Origin: a bacterium
GTDB lineage: Bacteria > Patescibacteriota > Microgenomatia > UBA1406 > GWC2-37-13
NCBI GenBank assembly: GCA_021796235.1
Contig: JAJYOJ010000002.1
Coordinates: 34,660-98,659 of the forward strand
Length of the DNA: 64,000 nt
Direction of reading: 5' to 3'
Shown here piece by piece: positions 16,270 to 23,733 of the stretch. Made by a program: the position numbers and the translations under genes. A model generated the notes under the pieces. That model was not told where the DNA came from. It made no database searches and was given only the letters and a program-made list of their open reading frames with translations. Each line of letters opens with the position of its first letter. Position 1 is the stretch's first letter.

Positions 16270-17115
16270 CTACTGGCAGGCAGACCAACCGCTAAGCGGT
16301 GTTTCGGTGGCATGTGCCCAACCGAATTGAACCGCTTGCGCGATACGGAAGCAAAACTCCGTATTGGCCCACTCATTCTTAGTGATAGCGACAAAGCCGT
16401 CGGTGACGGTTGTGTCGAGAGTACCAGGACCCGCAACTGCCTTGTAGACGCCATTTGACGTACCATCTACGTTAAAACCGCCAACAATCGCTGTGGTTCC
16501 AGTGAGCAATGGGATTACCCAATGCTTGGTGTGGTCATTCAAGTCTGCACAGACTGTTCCTTGCGGGACATTCTTGCAGGGTACACCGGTTTCTAGATAC
16601 ACCGATGGATGACCGATCTCTGGTTGGGGCGGTAAGTTGTAAGGCGCCACGTTAGTCGTGATTGGCGACGGTGCGGGTTGGTTCCCAAAGTTCGAGTCGG
16701 ACAGTCCAGCAATTTCCTGTGGCCAAGGGTTGATTACCCCACTTGTGACGTTGCCGCCAACCGGTGTGTTGTGAATAAGACAGTTTCCGCCATCGCACAT
16801 TTGACCGCTGTCTAGGACGATCTTCCATCCAAAAACAGTGGACCCTGCATCAAAATGCAAACTGCGATTTTGACCAGTTTCCATGCGTTGTGGCGAAGAC
16901 GGCGTCGGTACGACGGGTGGCGCTACAGGCGGTGCAGGTGCGGGCGGCGCAACGGGCGCTGGTGTTGCAATGGGCGGCGTAGGCCAGTGGAACGCGAGAA
17001 CAGCATAGAAGCCGCTCACAGCGAGATAAACGATGGCCGCAACTGCGAGTACGACAACGACAGCGAGTGCTACCCAAAGTAGCAACCGCGCAATGGTTCC
17101 AAGAACTCCAAACAT
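16270..17115 (-). CDS. GC-rich island: membrane-anchored protein with Pro-rich linker and Cys-containing ectodomain (hypothetical)
   Basis: 281 aa. N-terminal TM region LLLWVALAVVVVLAVAAIVYLAVSGFYAVLAF, linker PPIATPAPVAPPAPAPPVAPPVVPTP. RBS GAGGAGG is upstream of the ATG at 17115. Confidence 0.7.
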   Translation of the reverse strand: MFGVLGTIARLLLWVALAVVVVLAVAAIVYLAVSGFYAVLAFHWPTPPIATPAPVAPPAPAPPVAPPVVPTPSSPQRMETGQNRSLHFDAGSTVFGWKIVLDSGQMCDGGNCLIHNTPVGGNVTSGVINPWPQEIAGLSDSNFGNQPAPSPITTNVAPYNLPPQPEIGHPSVYLETGVPCKNVPQGTVCADLNDHTKHWVIPLLTGTTAIVGGFNVDGTSNGVYKAVAGPGTLDTTVTDGFVAITKNEWANTEFCFRIAQAVQFGWAHATETPLSGWSACQ

Positions 17116-17152
17116 TCTAGGCCTCCTCGTACAGGATTTACGTACTCACGAC

Positions 17153-17461
17153 TCACGACTTTCCCGTCAGTTTGTCCCAGAAATCGCGGGGCGATCCAAT
17201 CCAATCCTTGCGGGATTGGGGAGCCGGCGACGGGGTGACGGGCGGGGTCGGGACAACGGGCGGGACGGGGACGAGCGTGCTGGGAGCACCACATTTGCTG
17301 CAGAAGTTCGCAGAGTACCGATTTTTGGTTCCGCAGTTAGCACACGTCCAGTCAACGGATTTTGCAACTCCGCACTCCGAGCAGAACTTAGCGCTCATAG
17401 GCGCTTTGTGACCGTTTGAACAGGTCCAAGTTCTACCACCTTTCTTCTTTGTAATAGCCAT
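17153..17461 (-). CDS. GC-rich island: double zinc-ribbon protein with Pro-rich tail
   Basis: 102 aa. CSNGH...CSECG and CANCG...CSKCG form two CxxC-type ribbon pairs, followed by PVPPVVPTPPVTPSPAP. RBS AAGGAGG is upstream. Confidence 0.75.
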   Translation of the reverse strand: MAITKKKGGRTWTCSNGHKAPMSAKFCSECGVAKSVDWTCANCGTKNRYSANFCSKCGAPSTLVPVPPVVPTPPVTPSPAPQSRKDWIGSPRDFWDKLTGKS

Positions 17462-17487
17462 TTTAGGCCTCCTTGAGAAAATAGTCG

Positions 17488-17565
17488 CTAAAAGCGACGG
17501 GTTTTTACGACACTAACTTTACTTACCTCTAAAAGAACGATTTCGGTACCGTCAGACCATTTCAT
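17488..17565 (-). CDS. Possible 25-aa leader/micro-ORF at the head of the island operon
   Basis: Own translation: MKWSDGTEIVLLEVSKVSVVKTRRF. It is preceded by AAAGGAGGTGATAA. Too short to judge coding potential. Confidence 0.25.
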   Translation of the reverse strand: MKWSDGTEIVLLEVSKVSVVKTRRF

Positions 17566-17587
17566 TTATCACCTCCTTTCAAATAGA

Positions 17588-17634
17588 ATACGTGCGCTCT
17601 AAGGACAAAAAATTTATCCTCATAGTGCACGTAT
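17588..17634. promoter_or_regulatory. 18-bp-arm inverted repeat (operator-like) upstream of the island operon
   Basis: atacgtgcgctctaagga (17588-17605) versus the rc of tcctcatagtgcacgtat (17617-17634): 15/18 match, 11-bp A/T spacer. Confidence 0.5.
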
Positions 17635-17744
17635 CCTAGAGCTTAATCAAAATAACCGTTTTGCAACAATTATTTCTTTCAGCATAAAGGATGTGATTGC
17701 TTCAAGGAGTACCATGTGGTCTATCTTTCCCACATAAAATAAAA

Positions 17745-18055
17745 TATTCCCTGTCAGCTTTTTTGAAAAGCTGATAGGCATCAATTTCTCATTTCCGCAA
17801 ACTCAAGCAAATTGAGTTTTGGATCTTCGAACGATGCCTAAACTCATTTGTAAAAGTGCGACAAGATTTGCTGCTTACGCTTGCTTGTTTTACGCAAGCC
17901 TCCTCTTGTCACCGATATCCCTCTTTTCATCGAGGGTTGGCAAAAGCTATCTTTGCCCCCTCGATGGGGGATTTCCTCGGGTTTTTAAGCCCAAGAAGTG
18001 AAGGGCAGCCCTTCTGCTGATTTAAGAGCACCCTCCACTTCCTAGACTTAAAGCC
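17745..18055. ncRNA. Candidate structured non-coding RNA (family and strand unresolved)
   Basis: About 300 nt with no ORF and many nested complementary segments: catcgaggg...ccctcgatg enclosing ggcaaa..tttgcc; gaagtg...cacttc; aggcatc...gatgcct enclosing aaactcaa..ttgagttt; tcagctttt-ttg-aaaagctga. Confidence 0.3.
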
Positions 18056-18084
18056 AAAAAAAACCCAAGAGGTTGTTTCTTGGG
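18056..18084 (-). terminator. Intrinsic terminator of the DUF11 gene
   Basis: Stem cccaaga/tcttggg with a 7-nt loop. An A8 run on the + strand gives a U-tract on the - strand. Confidence 0.7.
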
Positions 18085-18278
18085 TTCAATGACAACAATC
18101 TCAGCAGCGATTGTACTACCTATAGTAAACATATCAGCAGTTATATTTTTGCTATAGTTAAGTTTGCAAAAGTCCATATTATTTTATCCACAGACACAGC
18201 ACAATATCCTAATTAAAATTACTATATCCAATCAGCACGGATAATGATGGACTTTATGCCTAATTGTCAAAGCTGCGA

Positions 18279-18917
18279 TTAACTAATTTTTTTCTTCAAG
18301 AGCCAGCCGGCTCCAACGCCAATTAAATCGAGGGAGAGAAGTACGGCGCCGAATTCCGGTCCGGCTGACGGAGTGGTTGCCACGCCTAAAACCTGTTTTT
18401 CGATACAAAACTGCGAACTGGAGTTGTCAGATACGGTTCCGTTGGAAGCCGTAGCTGTATTTGTTTGACAAAATAATCCCTGATCAGCGGGAAGCTGATT
18501 TTGGGGTAAGACCTGCATCTGAAGATAATAAGTTTTTTGATCACCCGGATTAAAGTCGCCGGCGCCGAAGGTCAAAACTCGGCTATTGGAATCAAACGAT
18601 CCGGGGCCTGAAATAGGCTGGATGTCAGTTGGAACATTATCGGTTACAGTGACATTGGTTATTGTTACATTTGAGGTATTTTGGACCACTAATTTGAAAA
18701 AAAGCGTTTGTCCGGGTGCGAAGCGAGGATCAGAAGGTGAAAGATTGTCAACGAAGGTAGCGTTGGTTGCCTGGCCGCCCGATGTACCGGGTGTGCTTAC
18801 CATCTTTTCGATCAAAATCGACAGCGAGGGACCGGGTGCACCGTACTGTCCGTACGCAGCAGTGGCAAGGAAAAGTAAAGTAGAAATAGCCGACAGAACT
18901 AATGCCAGTTTTGTCAT
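18279..18917 (-). CDS. DUF11-like repeat-domain surface protein with C-terminal PEF + TM + KKK anchor
   Basis: Signal peptide. LVVQNTSNVTITNVTVTDNVPTD is typical of the DUF11/conserved repeat domain. The C-terminus is SAGPEFGAVLLSLDLIGVGAGWLLKKKIS. Confidence 0.6.
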   Translation of the reverse strand: MTKLALVLSAISTLLFLATAAYGQYGAPGPSLSILIEKMVSTPGTSGGQATNATFVDNLSPSDPRFAPGQTLFFKLVVQNTSNVTITNVTVTDNVPTDIQPISGPGSFDSNSRVLTFGAGDFNPGDQKTYYLQMQVLPQNQLPADQGLFCQTNTATASNGTVSDNSSSQFCIEKQVLGVATTPSAGPEFGAVLLSLDLIGVGAGWLLKKKIS

Positions 18918-19018
18918 AGGATTGTATTATACTATAAGATCAAATCGTTGTCAACTATAGGACCAATCAGAATTATTAATTATTAATTCTTAATTTTTAA
19001 AGTATAATAGAGCTCATT

Positions 19019-19612
19019 ATGAAGCTAAATGCCAGGGAGTTACGGGAGTTGGAGGAAAAACGGGCGCAGGGGAAAATTCGTGAGATTAAGCGAAATCCGA
19101 TCTATTTTATCCTGGAAAATATTTATGATACTTACAATATCGGCGGCTTATTTCGTTTGGCTGATGCTTTGGCAATTGAAAAAATGTATCTCTGCGGCGA
19201 CACCGAAATTCCTCCCAATTCGCGGATCAAAAAAGCTTCGATAGGTACCTATAAAATTGTTCCTTGGGGATATAAAAAAAATACTAAAGAAGCAGTTTCA
19301 GACTTTAAGGACGACTCGAAAAAATTTTTAGCTCGGCTCAACTTGAATGACTCTAACAACGAGTCTCGTAAAAATTTTTCCTCGTCGTCCATTATCGCAG
19401 TCGAACAGCATATCGAAGCAGTTTCCTACACAAATGCAGACTATTCATTTCCCATTGCTCTCATTTTCGGTAACGAGACCTACGGAATTTTGCCCGAAAC
19501 TTTAAAGTTAGCAGATCAGATTGTTGAAATACCGATGTGGGGGATAAATAAATCGTTGAATGTGATTGTTTCTGCGGCAATTGTGAGCTATTGGGTTATA
19601 AACAAACTTTGA
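19019..19612 (+). CDS. TrmH/SpoU-family RNA 2'-O-methyltransferase
   Basis: YNIGGLFRLADALAI, LIFGNETYGI and IPMWGINKSLNVIVSAAIVSY motifs. There is a low-complexity insertion of about 30 aa between motifs 1 and 2. Confidence 0.8.
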   Translation: MKLNARELRELEEKRAQGKIREIKRNPIYFILENIYDTYNIGGLFRLADALAIEKMYLCGDTEIPPNSRIKKASIGTYKIVPWGYKKNTKEAVSDFKDDSKKFLARLNLNDSNNESRKNFSSSSIIAVEQHIEAVSYTNADYSFPIALIFGNETYGILPETLKLADQIVEIPMWGINKSLNVIVSAAIVSYWVINKL

Positions 19613-19683
19613 GCCGACAGTGGGAATCGAACCCACAGTCTAACCCTTACCAAGGGTTTGTTTTACCACTAAACTATATCGGC
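19612..19683 (-). tRNA. tRNA-Thr (anticodon GGU)
   Basis: Hand-folded cloverleaf: acceptor GCCGATA/TGTCGGC, D stem GTTT/AAAC, anticodon stem AACCC/GGGTT with loop TTGGTAA, T arm GTGGG-TTCGATT-CCCAC. It abuts the TrmH stop codon. Confidence 0.85.
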
Positions 19684-19753
19684 TAAAAAAAGTTTTCGCT
19701 AATTATTATACCATTGAAATTGCCTAGTTCATTTGCTATCCTTTCTTCCACTT

Positions 19754-20416
19754 ATGGACATTAAATATTTGGGCCATGCTTCGTTCTTCATGAAATCCAA
19801 AGACGCAAAACTTGTAACAGATCCGTATGACGCCTCGATCGGAATAAAGTTTCCCAAAACTGAGGCAGACATTGTTACAGTTTCACACCAGCATCGTGAT
19901 CACAATCGGTCCGACCTGGTTGTTGCGCCGCCCGATCAACAGATTTTGGTTATCGACATGCCCGGAGAGTTTGAAAAAAATGGTATGCGGATTTTTGGTT
20001 TTCAGAGTTTTCACGACAAAAAAAAGGGGGCGGAACGGGGCGGAAATATATTGTATAAATTCGAAGCAGATGGCGTTTCGGTTCTTCACTGTGGCGATCT
20101 CGGAGTTGTGCCCGAAGATAGTTTTTTGGATGCGATCGGCGAGGTGGATGTTTTGATGGTGCCGGTGGGTGGTTTTTTTACAATTGACGCCGACGATGCA
20201 GCTCAACTAATTAAAAAAGTGGAACCGTCGATTGTTATTCCGATGCATTATAACCAGCCCAAACTCGATCAGAAAGTTTTTTCCAAACTGGGAACCGTAC
20301 AGGAATTCCTAAAAAAAATGGGAAAAGAAAACCTTCCTCCAGTTTCCAAACTAACAGTGAAGGCTGAAGAGTTGGAAGAAGAAATGAAAATTGTTGTGAT
20401 GGAGATTAGTAGTTAG
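19754..20416 (+). CDS. MBL-fold metal-dependent hydrolase (UPF0173-like)
   Basis: MDIKYLGHASFFMKSKDAKLVTDPY and VSHQHRDHN motifs. Confidence 0.8.
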   Translation: MDIKYLGHASFFMKSKDAKLVTDPYDASIGIKFPKTEADIVTVSHQHRDHNRSDLVVAPPDQQILVIDMPGEFEKNGMRIFGFQSFHDKKKGAERGGNILYKFEADGVSVLHCGDLGVVPEDSFLDAIGEVDVLMVPVGGFFTIDADDAAQLIKKVEPSIVIPMHYNQPKLDQKVFSKLGTVQEFLKKMGKENLPPVSKLTVKAEELEEEMKIVVMEISS

Positions 20417-20421
20417 TAAAT

Positions 20422-21756
20422 ATGCCTACCTCAAACGATGCGCTCAAGATTCCGCCTCACGATATTGAGGCCGAGAAGTCGGTTCTTGGTGCCATTCTCA
20501 TTGATTCTGCCGCTATAAACCTAGTTGCCGAATTTTTAAAGCCCGATCATTTTTATGTACCGGAACATCAGGTGGTATATGATGCGATGCTCACCTTGTT
20601 TGAAAAGCAGCAGCCTATCGACGTTGTAACCCTTCAAGACGAGCTAAAGACTGAAGGGAATTTAAAAAAAATTGGCGGAGTAGGCTATTTATCGGATTTA
20701 ATAAATACCGTGCCGACTTCAGCGTATATCGAGCATTACGGCCAAATTGTCAAAAATCACTATGTCAAACGAAAACTGATAGATCTTTCTTCTCGCCTGG
20801 TGGAAAAATCGTTTGAGGAAAAGGGAGATGTGCAGAAACTCTTAGACGAGGCAGAAGTTGAGATTTTTGCTTTATCACAGCAACATTTAAAACAGGATTT
20901 TATTGAACTTAAAGAAATTTTGGCTGAAAGTTTCGAGAGACTCGATGAATTTATGAAACGGGGTACACATCTGCGCGGTGTGCCGACCGGTTTTCCCGAA
21001 CTTGACAATAAACTTGCCGGCATGCAGGACTCAAACCTTCTGGTTTTAGCGGCGCGGCCGGGAATTGGTAAAACAACTCTGGCTTTAAATATGGCTCTTC
21101 ATATTGCGACTAAAGAAAAAATACCGGTCGGTTTTTTTTCTCTGGAAATGAGTAAGGAAGAGCTGGTTGATCGTTTATTGGTCGGCAAGGCCGATATCGA
21201 CGCCTGGCGCTTAAAAACCGGCAGACTTTCCGATGACGATTACAAAAAGCTTACCGAAAGCATGGGCGAACTTTCTGAAGCGCCGATTTATATCGACGAT
21301 ACGCCGGGAATTTCAATTTTAGAGATGCGGACAAAAGCGAGAAAGCTGAAAATCGAAAAAAAGATAAAACTTCTTATTGTTGATTATCTGCAGCTTGCCG
21401 ATGCCGGCCGCAGGTTTGACAGCCGGGTCAACGAGGTTTCTTTTGTATCGCAAGGATTAAAGAATCTGGCGCGTGAACTTCATATACCGGTTTTGGCAAT
21501 TTCCCAACTTTCCCGGGCCGTTGAACAGCGCGGAAGCAGAAAACCCCAATTGGCAGATCTTCGGGAGAGTGGAGCAATTGAACAGGATGCCGACGTTGTG
21601 ATGTTTTTATACTTTGAAGAGGAGGGCGAAGATATGTTAGATCAGAATAAACGTTTGGTCAAGCTTTACATTGCCAAACACCGAAACGGTCCGACCGGGG
21701 AGATGGATCTAATGTTTAGAGGCGACCGCATCAAATTTTATAGTGTAGAGAAATAA
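20422..21756 (+). CDS. dnaB: Replicative DNA helicase DnaB
   Basis: N-terminal PPHDIEAEKSVLGAIL, Walker A ARPGIGKTT, LIVDYLQL, and SQLSRAVEQR...DLRESGAIEQDAD. Confidence 0.95.
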   Translation: MPTSNDALKIPPHDIEAEKSVLGAILIDSAAINLVAEFLKPDHFYVPEHQVVYDAMLTLFEKQQPIDVVTLQDELKTEGNLKKIGGVGYLSDLINTVPTSAYIEHYGQIVKNHYVKRKLIDLSSRLVEKSFEEKGDVQKLLDEAEVEIFALSQQHLKQDFIELKEILAESFERLDEFMKRGTHLRGVPTGFPELDNKLAGMQDSNLLVLAARPGIGKTTLALNMALHIATKEKIPVGFFSLEMSKEELVDRLLVGKADIDAWRLKTGRLSDDDYKKLTESMGELSEAPIYIDDTPGISILEMRTKARKLKIEKKIKLLIVDYLQLADAGRRFDSRVNEVSFVSQGLKNLARELHIPVLAISQLSRAVEQRGSRKPQLADLRESGAIEQDADVVMFLYFEEEGEDMLDQNKRLVKLYIAKHRNGPTGEMDLMFRGDRIKFYSVEK

Positions 21757-21758
21757 AT

Positions 21759-22049
21759 TTAGTTAACGTGTCTAAAGGCCTGCCCCAGACCAACCGCCAT
21801 TGTTCCAATGCCCGCGACTTTCGAGGTAAAATCAACTGCCGGTTTAAATACTTCAGCCGGGATATAAGTTCCACTTGCTAAAAGGGCTGCAATTTGAGGT
21901 TGGAAAATTTGTCCGCCCAGCAAAGCGGCAATTCCTACAGCTACAAGAGTAACATCTTGCCAATGAACGCGTCTTTCAGCTCGGGGTAATTGAATTGGAG
22001 CACGTGATTCAATACAACCCCGTCCGATTTGTTGAACTTGATGCTTCAT
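21759..22049 (-). CDS. Hypothetical small protein with Gly/Ala-rich hydrophobic segments
   Basis: ORF 21759..22070; the internal start MKHQVQQIGRG is at 22049. No recognisable motif. Confidence 0.35.
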   Translation of the reverse strand: MKHQVQQIGRGCIESRAPIQLPRAERRVHWQDVTLVAVGIAALLGGQIFQPQIAALLASGTYIPAEVFKPAVDFTSKVAGIGTMAVGLGQAFRHVN

Positions 22050-22095
22050 GTAAATTACATTATAGCACATGATAAAGGCCTTTTCAACATTGAAC

Positions 22096-22124
22096 TTGAC
22101 AAAATATTTTATTCTCTCTATAAT
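22096..22124 (+). promoter_or_regulatory. Consensus sigma70-type promoter of the csoR-cop cluster
   Basis: TTGACA (22096-22101), a 17-bp spacer, then TATAAT (22119-22124). Both hexamers are perfect. Confidence 0.75.
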
Positions 22125-22143
22125 CCTATGGTAGAGGATAGGA
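22124..22143. promoter_or_regulatory. 6-8-6 inverted repeat overlapping the -10/TSS (candidate CsoR operator)
   Basis: tcctat-ggtagagg-atagga, read directly, between the -10 element and the csoR ATG. Confidence 0.4.
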
Positions 22144-22145
22144 CA

Positions 22146-22409
22146 ATGTTAAGTTCATATAAAACCAATCTGTTGCATCGTTTAAAAATATCTAAAGGTC
22201 ATCTGGACAAAGTCATTCAGATGGTTGAAAAAGAAGATTATTGTCTTGATATCACTCAACAGACTCAGGCGATAGAGAGTTCACTTCGGAAAGTTGACGA
22301 GCTTCTTTTAGAACATCACTTAAAAACCTGTGTCAGGGAAGCGGTTATGACCGACAAACATGTTGATGACAAAGTTAAAGAAATTGTCGAAATGTTTCGC
22401 AGAAAATAA
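22146..22409 (+). CDS. csoR: CsoR/RcnR/FrmR-family metal-sensing transcriptional repressor
   Basis: LLHRLKISKGHLDKVIQMVEKEDYCLDITQQTQAIESSLRKV...HHLKTCV matches the DUF156/CsoR helix pattern with C...H..C ligands. The start at 22146 lies downstream of the promoter. Confidence 0.8.
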   Translation: MLSSYKTNLLHRLKISKGHLDKVIQMVEKEDYCLDITQQTQAIESSLRKVDELLLEHHLKTCVREAVMTDKHVDDKVKEIVEMFRRK

Positions 22410-22416
22410 AAATAAA

Positions 22417-22917
22417 ATGTCAAGTAAGATTCTTATTATTGCTCTAGTTATTGTTTCAGCCTTTGTTATCGGCCTATCATATTCCTTAATCAACAAGAAC
22501 CCATCCTCGGAGGTTCGGGTCGCTTCTTATACTGCTTCGGATAAAGAAAAGCCAGAAGCCGGTGTTGTCTCAACGAGTTTTAATTTGGGGAAAATGAAGG
22601 TTTCCGATGAGAAATCGGCCGACTTCATTGTTAAAAACTCTGGAAACAAACCGCTCCAACTTTCAAATATTACATCAAGCTGCATGTGTACTGCCGGGCA
22701 GGTAATTCTCAACGGACAGGCGAGTGAGGAGTTTGGTATGCATTCCGACAGTTCTTATGTTGCGCAAATTAATCCTGGTCAGTCTGCTACTGTCCGGGTT
22801 ATCTACCGTCCCTTTCAAATGCCGGTATATGGATCAGTCGAGCGGGAAGTTTATGTCGCAACCAATGATCCCGATAATCCGAAGCTTGTATTTAGCGTTA
22901 AAGCCTACGTCCAATAA
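22417..22917 (+). CDS. DUF1573-like membrane-anchored protein
   Basis: TM anchor, then VKNSGNKPLQLSNITSSCMCT..., a DUF1573-type motif. Confidence 0.55.
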   Translation: MSSKILIIALVIVSAFVIGLSYSLINKNPSSEVRVASYTASDKEKPEAGVVSTSFNLGKMKVSDEKSADFIVKNSGNKPLQLSNITSSCMCTAGQVILNGQASEEFGMHSDSSYVAQINPGQSATVRVIYRPFQMPVYGSVEREVYVATNDPDNPKLVFSVKAYVQ

Positions 22918-22920
22918 CTA

Positions 22921-23733
22921 ATGAATAATTTTATATTCGGAATTTCGCTGACGGCTTCCTTCTTGGCGGGCGTGTTGGCACTTTTTGCCCCCTGCTGCAT
23001 CACCTTTCTTTTTCCTTCCTATCTGGGAACTATTTTTACCCAAACCAAAAGGGTTTCGTTTTATACGCTGGTTTTTTCCTTAGGACTGGCGACGATTTTA
23101 ATTCCCATAGCCTTTGGAATCCGCTTTTTCATCTTTTTCTTTAATGCATTTCATCAACCTGTTTATTATTTAGGGGGTTTGGTCCTTATTTTTATGGGGA
23201 TAATTACTCTCAAACCCCTCATCCGGTTTCCCAGCCTCTTCCACGTAAAACCACAGGTCGGGAAAAATGTTAATATATTTTCTGTTTACGGTTTGGGTCT
23301 TCTTTCCGGTCTGACTTCCTCCTGCTGTGCCCCGGTGCTTTTTGCTGCAGTCACATTGACGACACTGGCTCCCACCTTTCTTCAGGCGTTAGTTGTTGCT
23401 TCGGCCTATGTTTTAGGAATTGTTTTTCCTTTATTTATTTTGTCTTTAGGCTACAAGAAATTAACTGTACTTTTTTCCGGCAAGAAGAGGGAACGAATTT
23501 ACGGAATTTTTAAAAACCTAGGTGCCGCAATTTTTATTATGTCGGGAATAGCAATATTAATTTTAGCCTTTTTTAACAAGATTCAGATGAACCAATTTGA
23601 AGGGTATAGCAATAGCATTAGATATTTTGTGTTTGGGATGGGCCGGTATTTTCGTAATCCGCTGACTGATATTTTAAGCTTTTTCTTGATTATTTTTATT
23701 TTTTATAAATTATTAAAAAATTCCCAAAAATGA
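22921..23733 (+). CDS. ccdA: CcdA/DsbD-type thiol:disulfide transmembrane electron transfer protein
   Basis: Polytopic protein with LFAPCCITFLFPSYLG and a second SSCCAPVLF motif. Confidence 0.7.
   Translation: MNNFIFGISLTASFLAGVLALFAPCCITFLFPSYLGTIFTQTKRVSFYTLVFSLGLATILIPIAFGIRFFIFFFNAFHQPVYYLGGLVLIFMGIITLKPLIRFPSLFHVKPQVGKNVNIFSVYGLGLLSGLTSSCCAPVLFAAVTLTTLAPTFLQALVVASAYVLGIVFPLFILSLGYKKLTVLFSGKKRERIYGIFKNLGAAIFIMSGIAILILAFFNKIQMNQFEGYSNSIRYFVFGMGRYFRNPLTDILSFFLIIFIFYKLLKNSQK

Larger units (their letters stand above)
16040..17640. other. Compositionally foreign GC-rich island
   Basis: Stretches such as 16921-16980 are about 70% G+C, against a mid-30s % background. The island contains three minus-strand ORFs with GGAGG ribosome-binding sites and Pro-rich linkers. 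CPR-like genes flank it on both sides. Confidence 0.7.

Noticed and set aside
16850-17419. Six additional track ORFs inside the GC-rich island (16850..17077-, 16855..17082+, 17033..17419+, 17070..17294-, 17167..17367-, 17172..17411+).
   Set aside because: High GC depletes stop codons, so long shadow ORFs arise in every frame. These are Arg/Gly/Pro-rich translations with no RBS, and they overlap the two ORFs that do have GGAGG sites and sensible domain structure.
17745-18055. RNase P RNA, tmRNA or SRP RNA in the structured non-coding segment.
   Set aside because: There is no GAGGAAAGUCCGG / ACAGAACCCGGCUUA P4 pair; gaggaaatccccc is only a partial look-alike and has no complementary partner. 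There is also no tRNA-like GGTTCGA..CCA 3' end or tag ORF, and no GGAA-tetraloop/AGCAGCC helix-8 motif.
18184-18192. Perfect DnaA box TTATCCACA at this position and its complement tgtggataa at 54440-54448, hinting at oriC.
   Set aside because: Each is a single isolated consensus box. About 0.5 such 9-mers are expected by chance in 64 kb on both strands. There is no box cluster, no dnaA/dnaN nearby and no obvious DUE adjacency that I can verify. The only curiosity is that both boxes fall in the two longest non-coding regions.
19300-19400. Possible third in-frame element in the TrmH gene (insert DFKDDSKKFLARLNLNDSNNESRKNFSSSS, flanked by two aaaaattttt palindromes).
   Set aside because: I saw no second copy in the window, and the segment is AT-rich and low-complexity. 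This could simply be a lineage-specific loop expansion.
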